Source of the DNA: Thermodesulfobacteriota bacterium | GTDB taxonomy: Bacteria > Desulfobacterota > Desulfarculia > JACQYL01 | Reading direction: 5' to 3' | Length of the DNA stretch: 64,000 bases | Assembly (NCBI GenBank): GCA_963675595.2 | Contig: CAXXLZ010000002.1 | Span: 3,616,001 to 3,680,000 of the forward strand | In this document: in pieces, positions 59,798-64,000 of the stretch | Position numbering within the stretch: position 1 is the stretch's first letter | How the letters are laid out: each line of letters begins with the position of its first letter | The notes under the pieces: generated by a model | What the model was told of the DNA's origin: nothing | Databases searched by the model: none | What the model saw: the letters and a program-made list of their open reading frames with translations, nothing else | Made by a program: the position numbers and the translations under genes

Positions 59798-62296
59798 TCA
59801 TTCTCCGTCGTGGGGCGGGCCGTCCTCGGACCGGACGCGAGCCCAGATGCGCCGCAGCCGCAGGGAGTTGCTCACCACGCAAACGGAACTCATGGCCATG
59901 GCGCCGGCCGCGAACACCGGGTTGAGCAGGATGCCGAAGGCCGGGTACAGCACGCCGGCGGCCACGGGGATCCCCAGGCTGTTGTAAAAGAAAGCCCAGA
60001 ACAGGTTCTGTCGGATCACCCGGAGGGTCATTTCGGACAGGCGGATGGCCTTGGGCACCAGGTTCAGGTCGTTGCGCACCAGGGTGATGTCGCTCGCCTC
60101 GATGGCCACGTCCGTGCCGGCTCCGATGGCGATGCCGATGTCCGCCTGAGTCAGTGCCGGAGCGTCGTTGATGCCGTCTCCCACCATGGCCGTGATTTCG
60201 CCTTTTTCCTGCAGGGACCGGACGGCTCCGGCCTTGTCACCGGGGAGCACTTCCGCCATGACTTCGTCGATTCCCAGGAGGTTGCCCACGGCGCGGGCCG
60301 TCTTTTCGTTGTCCCCGGTGATCATGGCGACCTTGAGCCCCATCTGCTTGAGCCGTTCCACCGTGCCGGCGGCGGATTCCTTGGGCGTATCGGACAGGCC
60401 TAAGACGCCCGCGGGCTTTCCGTCCAGGGCCAGGAAGACTGTGGTCTTGCCCTGGTCCGCGAGTCGCCTGCCTGCGTTTTCAGCTTCCGGACCGACCGTG
60501 CCTTCCTGTTTCATCAGTTTCAGGTTTCCGAGGAGCACGGAGCGCTCCTCGGTTGTGGCGCGCGCTCCCATGCCGGACAGGGCTTCGAAGTCCCGAATGG
60601 AGGAGAGACGAAGGTTCCGTTCTTTGGACGCCTCCACAATGGCCTGTCCCAGGGGATGCTCCGAAACGGCCTCCACGGAAGCGGCGATGCGCAGGAGTTC
60701 ATCCACGCCGAGACTTTCATCCAAGGGCAGGATGTCCGTGACGCGAGGTTCCCCTCGGGTCAGCGTCCCGGTTTTATCGAAAACGATGGTGGTGAGCTTG
60801 TAGGCCTTTTCGAGGCTTTCCCCGCCTTTGATCAGAATGCCGTCGTCCGCGCCCAGCCCCGTGCCCACCATGACGGCCGTGGGAGTGGCCAGGCCCATGG
60901 CGCACGGGCAGGCAATGATCAGCACGGACACGAAATTCAACAAGGCCCGGCTGAACTGGGGATCCCTGGGCAGGAGCATCCAGAGGGCGAAGGTAACCAA
61001 AGCGACGGCGAACACGCAAGGCACGAAAATCGAAGCCACCTTGTCCGCCAGTCGCTGAATGGGAGCCTTGGACCCCTGGGCGTCCTCCACCAGGCGAATG
61101 ATCTGGGCCAAAGCGGTTTCCGAGCCCACGCGCACGGCCTCGAAGACAAAGGCGCCGCTCTTGTTCAACGTGGCGGCGAACACCGTGTCTCCCTCTTCTT
61201 TGGACACGGGCAGGCTTTCACCGGTGAGCATGGACTCATCCACGGAAGAGGCGCCGGACACCACCTTGCCGTCCGTGGGTATCTTTTCTCCCGGCCGGAC
61301 CGACACCCGATCCCCCACGACCACGGATTCAATGGCGACCTCCATTTCCTCCCCGTTGCGGATGATTCTGGCGGTCTTGGGTTTGAGGCCCATGAGACGC
61401 TTGATGGCCTGAGACGTCCTGCCTCGCGCTCGTGCTTCCAGGAATCGTCCCAGGAGAATGAGCGTGACGATCATGGCCGCGCCGTCGAAATACACATGAG
61501 GCGCCACTCCGGCTTTCGTGAAGAATCCGGGGAAGAAGGTGGCCGCGGTGGAATACAAATACGCGGACAAGGCCCCCACGGCCACCAGGGTGTTCATGTC
61601 CGTGGTTTTCTGTTTGGCCGCCTTCCACGCTCCCTGGAAGAAGCGGGTTCCCACCCAGAACACCGCCGGGGTCGCCAGGAGGAATACCAGGACGAGCATG
61701 GTGTTTCGAGGGATGGTGGAGAGAAACGGGAACCAATGCTGCATGGTGCCGACAAAGGTCAACAGGCTCAGCACGATCCCCACGGAGAGTTTCCGCTTCA
61801 GATCGGTCAAATCCTTGACTCGGGCCGCCTCCAGAGGATCGGCCACCGCGGCGTCCACGACCCCCAGATATTCGTAACCGGCATCGGTCACCGCTTTTTC
61901 GACGTCCGAAAGACCCGTCCAACCGGGGTCGTGGCGCACCGTGGCGCGACCCGTGGCCAGGTTGACGGAAGCGTCCCGCACGCCGGGAATCTCATTCAGG
62001 ACGTTTTCCACACGGCGAACGCATGCGGCGCAACTCATCCCTCCGACGGAAACGGTGCTCTGCAGCGCCCCGGCCGGATCGGCCGCTCCCACGACTTCAT
62101 ACCCCAGTTCGGAAACCTTCGATTTGAGGGCGTCGGATTTCACCACGTCGGAATCGAATTCCACGGAAGCCTTTTCCGTAGCGAAGTTCACGGCTGCGGA
62201 TCGGACTCCCTCCATCTCCTGCAGGCCTCGCTCCACGCGTCGCACGCACGCGGCGCAGGACATGCCCTTGATGTTCAGCGTTATTTTGTCAGGCAC
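59798..62296 (-). CDS. copA: Cu(I)-translocating P1B-type ATPase
   Basis: Two GMSCAAC HMA domains, [41 protein letters not shown]. Confidence 0.95.
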   Translation of the reverse strand: MPDKITLNIKGMSCAACVRRVERGLQEMEGVRSAAVNFATEKASVEFDSDVVKSDALKSKVSELGYEVVGAADPAGALQSTVSVGGMSCAACVRRVENVLNEIPGVRDASVNLATGRATVRHDPGWTGLSDVEKAVTDAGYEYLGVVDAAVADPLEAARVKDLTDLKRKLSVGIVLSLLTFVGTMQHWFPFLSTIPRNTMLVLVFLLATPAVFWVGTRFFQGAWKAAKQKTTDMNTLVAVGALSAYLYSTAATFFPGFFTKAGVAPHVYFDGAAMIVTLILLGRFLEARARGRTSQAIKRLMGLKPKTARIIRNGEEMEVAIESVVVGDRVSVRPGEKIPTDGKVVSGASSVDESMLTGESLPVSKEEGDTVFAATLNKSGAFVFEAVRVGSETALAQIIRLVEDAQGSKAPIQRLADKVASIFVPCVFAVALVTFALWMLLPRDPQFSRALLNFVSVLIIACPCAMGLATPTAVMVGTGLGADDGILIKGGESLEKAYKLTTIVFDKTGTLTRGEPRVTDILPLDESLGVDELLRIAASVEAVSEHPLGQAIVEASKERNLRLSSIRDFEALSGMGARATTEERSVLLGNLKLMKQEGTVGPEAENAGRRLADQGKTTVFLALDGKPAGVLGLSDTPKESAAGTVERLKQMGLKVAMITGDNEKTARAVGNLLGIDEVMAEVLPGDKAGAVRSLQEKGEITAMVGDGINDAPALTQADIGIAIGAGTDVAIEASDITLVRNDLNLVPKAIRLSEMTLRVIRQNLFWAFFYNSLGIPVAAGVLYPAFGILLNPVFAAGAMAMSSVCVVSNSLRLRRIWARVRSEDGPPHDGE

Positions 62297-62390
62297 CGGT
62301 CCTCCCGTATTGGTTGAAGGATTTGAGGAACCCCGGGTTCCGTTTCAGGCGGCGCACGAGGGACGCCACGGAACGCGCCGCTTCATGGAG

Positions 62391-63230
62391 TCAGCCTTGT
62401 CTTTTTCGCGTCGCTTTTTCCATCAGTATGGCGAAGGCTTCCAGGTGTTTCTTTTCCTCACCGGCCAAGGTGAGCAACACGGCCTTTACGGTCTCGTCAT
62501 TGGTTTCTTCCGAGAACCGCATGTACAGGTCCATGGCCTGGGCTTCGAACATCATGCCGGAACCGATGACGTCGAGGGGTGTTCGAATGCTTTCCCGGGC
62601 CTGATCCATCATTTCCTGCAGGCTCAGGCCGCCCTCCATGACCTGCGGATCGTTGGCGGACCCGATGTCTTGGGGGTCGAATCCCATGTCTTCGTAGAGT
62701 TGCAGCACGAGGGCGATATGACGGTCTTCCACCCCGGCCAGCTTGAGCAATGCATTCTTGAGCTCCGGAGATTCGGCCTTGTCGGCCAGACCGCTGTAGA
62801 AGGCGGCCAAACCACGCTCCATGTGGTAGGCGGATTGGACGACGTCTTTAACGGTGAAGGCCCCTCGAAGGAGGTACAGGGCGAGTTCTCTGGGCCCCTT
62901 GGCCACGCCTCCTTGCCAGGCCCGGATGCCTCCCTCGATGTTGTAGACTTCACGGAAGCCTCTGCCGATGAGCAGCTTCGCCGCCGCGAGGCTTCTCTTT
63001 CCCACGGCGCAATACACCAGGGTCGTCTTGTCCGGATCCAGGAGTTCCAGGGAATCTGCGAGCTCGGGCAGAGGGATCAGTTTGGCGCCCGGAATCCGGT
63101 ATTCGGCATATTCAGCGGGTTGCCGAACATCCAACAGCGTGTAGGCGCCCTCGTCGTGTTCCCGGATGAACTTGCGAGCCTCTTCCGGTTCCATGCTTCG
63201 CGTCTCAACGAAAAAATCCTTCAATCCCAT
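62391..63230 (-). CDS. Rhodanese domain fused to a ferritin/rubrerythrin-like domain
   Basis: LLDVRQPAEY...IPGA...VYCAVGKRS; ExxH pairs EDRH and EKKH. Confidence 0.85.
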   Translation of the reverse strand: MGLKDFFVETRSMEPEEARKFIREHDEGAYTLLDVRQPAEYAEYRIPGAKLIPLPELADSLELLDPDKTTLVYCAVGKRSLAAAKLLIGRGFREVYNIEGGIRAWQGGVAKGPRELALYLLRGAFTVKDVVQSAYHMERGLAAFYSGLADKAESPELKNALLKLAGVEDRHIALVLQLYEDMGFDPQDIGSANDPQVMEGGLSLQEMMDQARESIRTPLDVIGSGMMFEAQAMDLYMRFSEETNDETVKAVLLTLAGEEKKHLEAFAILMEKATRKRQG

Positions 63231-63252
63231 ATCCGACCAACCTTTTTAGCGT

Positions 63253-64000
63253 TCACTTCACCGCCCTGGTAAAGGGCATCAATAGAAGGTCCCTCAAACG
63301 CACCTTTTCGAACCGTGGATAAGCGCCCACCCCGATGCGTATTCTTTCCTGCGGAACGTCCTTCAACAGGGTTTCCAGCATGCGGTCCCAAAGCGAGAAG
63401 ATGGTTCCGTAGTTGGTGTTTCGTTCTTTGATGACGACCGAGTGATGAATTCGGTGCATGGACGGCGGTACGAAGAGAATCCAATAAATGCGCTCGAACC
63501 ACTCGGGCACTTTGAGGCTGCTGTGGTGAAACTGGGCGCAAAGCACCAGGAGTGTTTCGAACACGATCACCGCCGTGAAGTCGGCTCCGAGAAAGTAGAC
63601 CAGCCCGATTTTGATCCCGGCGGAAATCGCCAACTCGCCGAGATGAAAACGAGTGGCGGTGGATACGTCCATGTTCAGATCGGTATGATGCACCCGATGG
63701 AAACGCCAAAGCATGGGCATTTCATGGTTCAACAGGTGCCATACGTAGAGCATGAAATCCATGAACACCACGGTGACGGTCACCTTGATCCAATAAGGCA
63801 GCGGGATCAGGTTGAGCACCCCGATGCGATGCTCGGTGACATGGTAGGCGGTGGCCGCAACCGCGGAGCCGAAGATCAAAAACAGGATCAGGTTATTGAA
63901 CAAGGTGAGCCCGAGATTATCGAACCAGCGAGCCGTCTTGGATACGGAGGATTCACGATAGGGGACGGTCAATTCGAGCATCAGGAACAGCGCCAATCCT
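63253..64000 (-). CDS. Sterol desaturase / fatty acid hydroxylase family protein (start beyond right edge)
   Basis: His boxes WHLLNH, FHRVHH, FHH, HRIHH; NTNYG...WDR. Confidence 0.88.
   Translation of the reverse strand, partial: GLALFLMLELTVPYRESSVSKTARWFDNLGLTLFNNLILFLIFGSAVAATAYHVTEHRIGVLNLIPLPYWIKVTVTVVFMDFMLYVWHLLNHEMPMLWRFHRVHHTDLNMDVSTATRFHLGELAISAGIKIGLVYFLGADFTAVIVFETLLVLCAQFHHSSLKVPEWFERIYWILFVPPSMHRIHHSVVIKERNTNYGTIFSLWDRMLETLLKDVPQERIRIGVGAYPRFEKVRLRDLLLMPFTRAVK

Noticed and set aside
1-64000. CRISPR array or prophage
   Set aside because: No regularly spaced short repeats, cas genes or phage structural genes were seen.

Overview
A GC-rich bacterial chromosomal segment. Gene content suggests an anaerobic Desulfobacterota, possibly Syntrophobacteria-like (inference). 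Left arm (1-10 kb): Gfo/Idh/MocA sugar oxidoreductase (partial), solo Tat-exported TRAP DctP, a diguanylate cyclase with two duplicated sensor domains each carrying an EF-hand-like loop, a CsgG/PEGA-like protein and an RND pair. Centre (10.7-39 kb): a surface-glycan locus (GT2s, PIG-L deacetylase, GNAT, divergently arranged wzt/wzm, methyltransferases, two lipoproteins) surrounds the main feature, a head-to-tail array of eight near-identical ~520-540 aa secreted proteins of unassigned function (probably S-layer or surface-lattice subunits). Each copy has its own terminator and seven have a candidate sigma70 promoter. Variation is confined to a few loops and the C-terminal tail. A 46-aa mini-ORF carries only the C-terminal 30 residues of the family. 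Right arm: thrC, an SbtM-type radical SAM/SPASM maturase next to an SbtA-like precursor with no Cys/Sec core, a MITE family with 12-bp TIRs and 8-bp target duplications (one nested), acyl-CoA dehydrogenase, a SNF2 helicase-DUF4391-type III R-M cassette beside tRNA-Ala(CGC), and a desaturase/rhodanese-ferritin/copA operon. Family calls come from motif recognition only; no database search was run.
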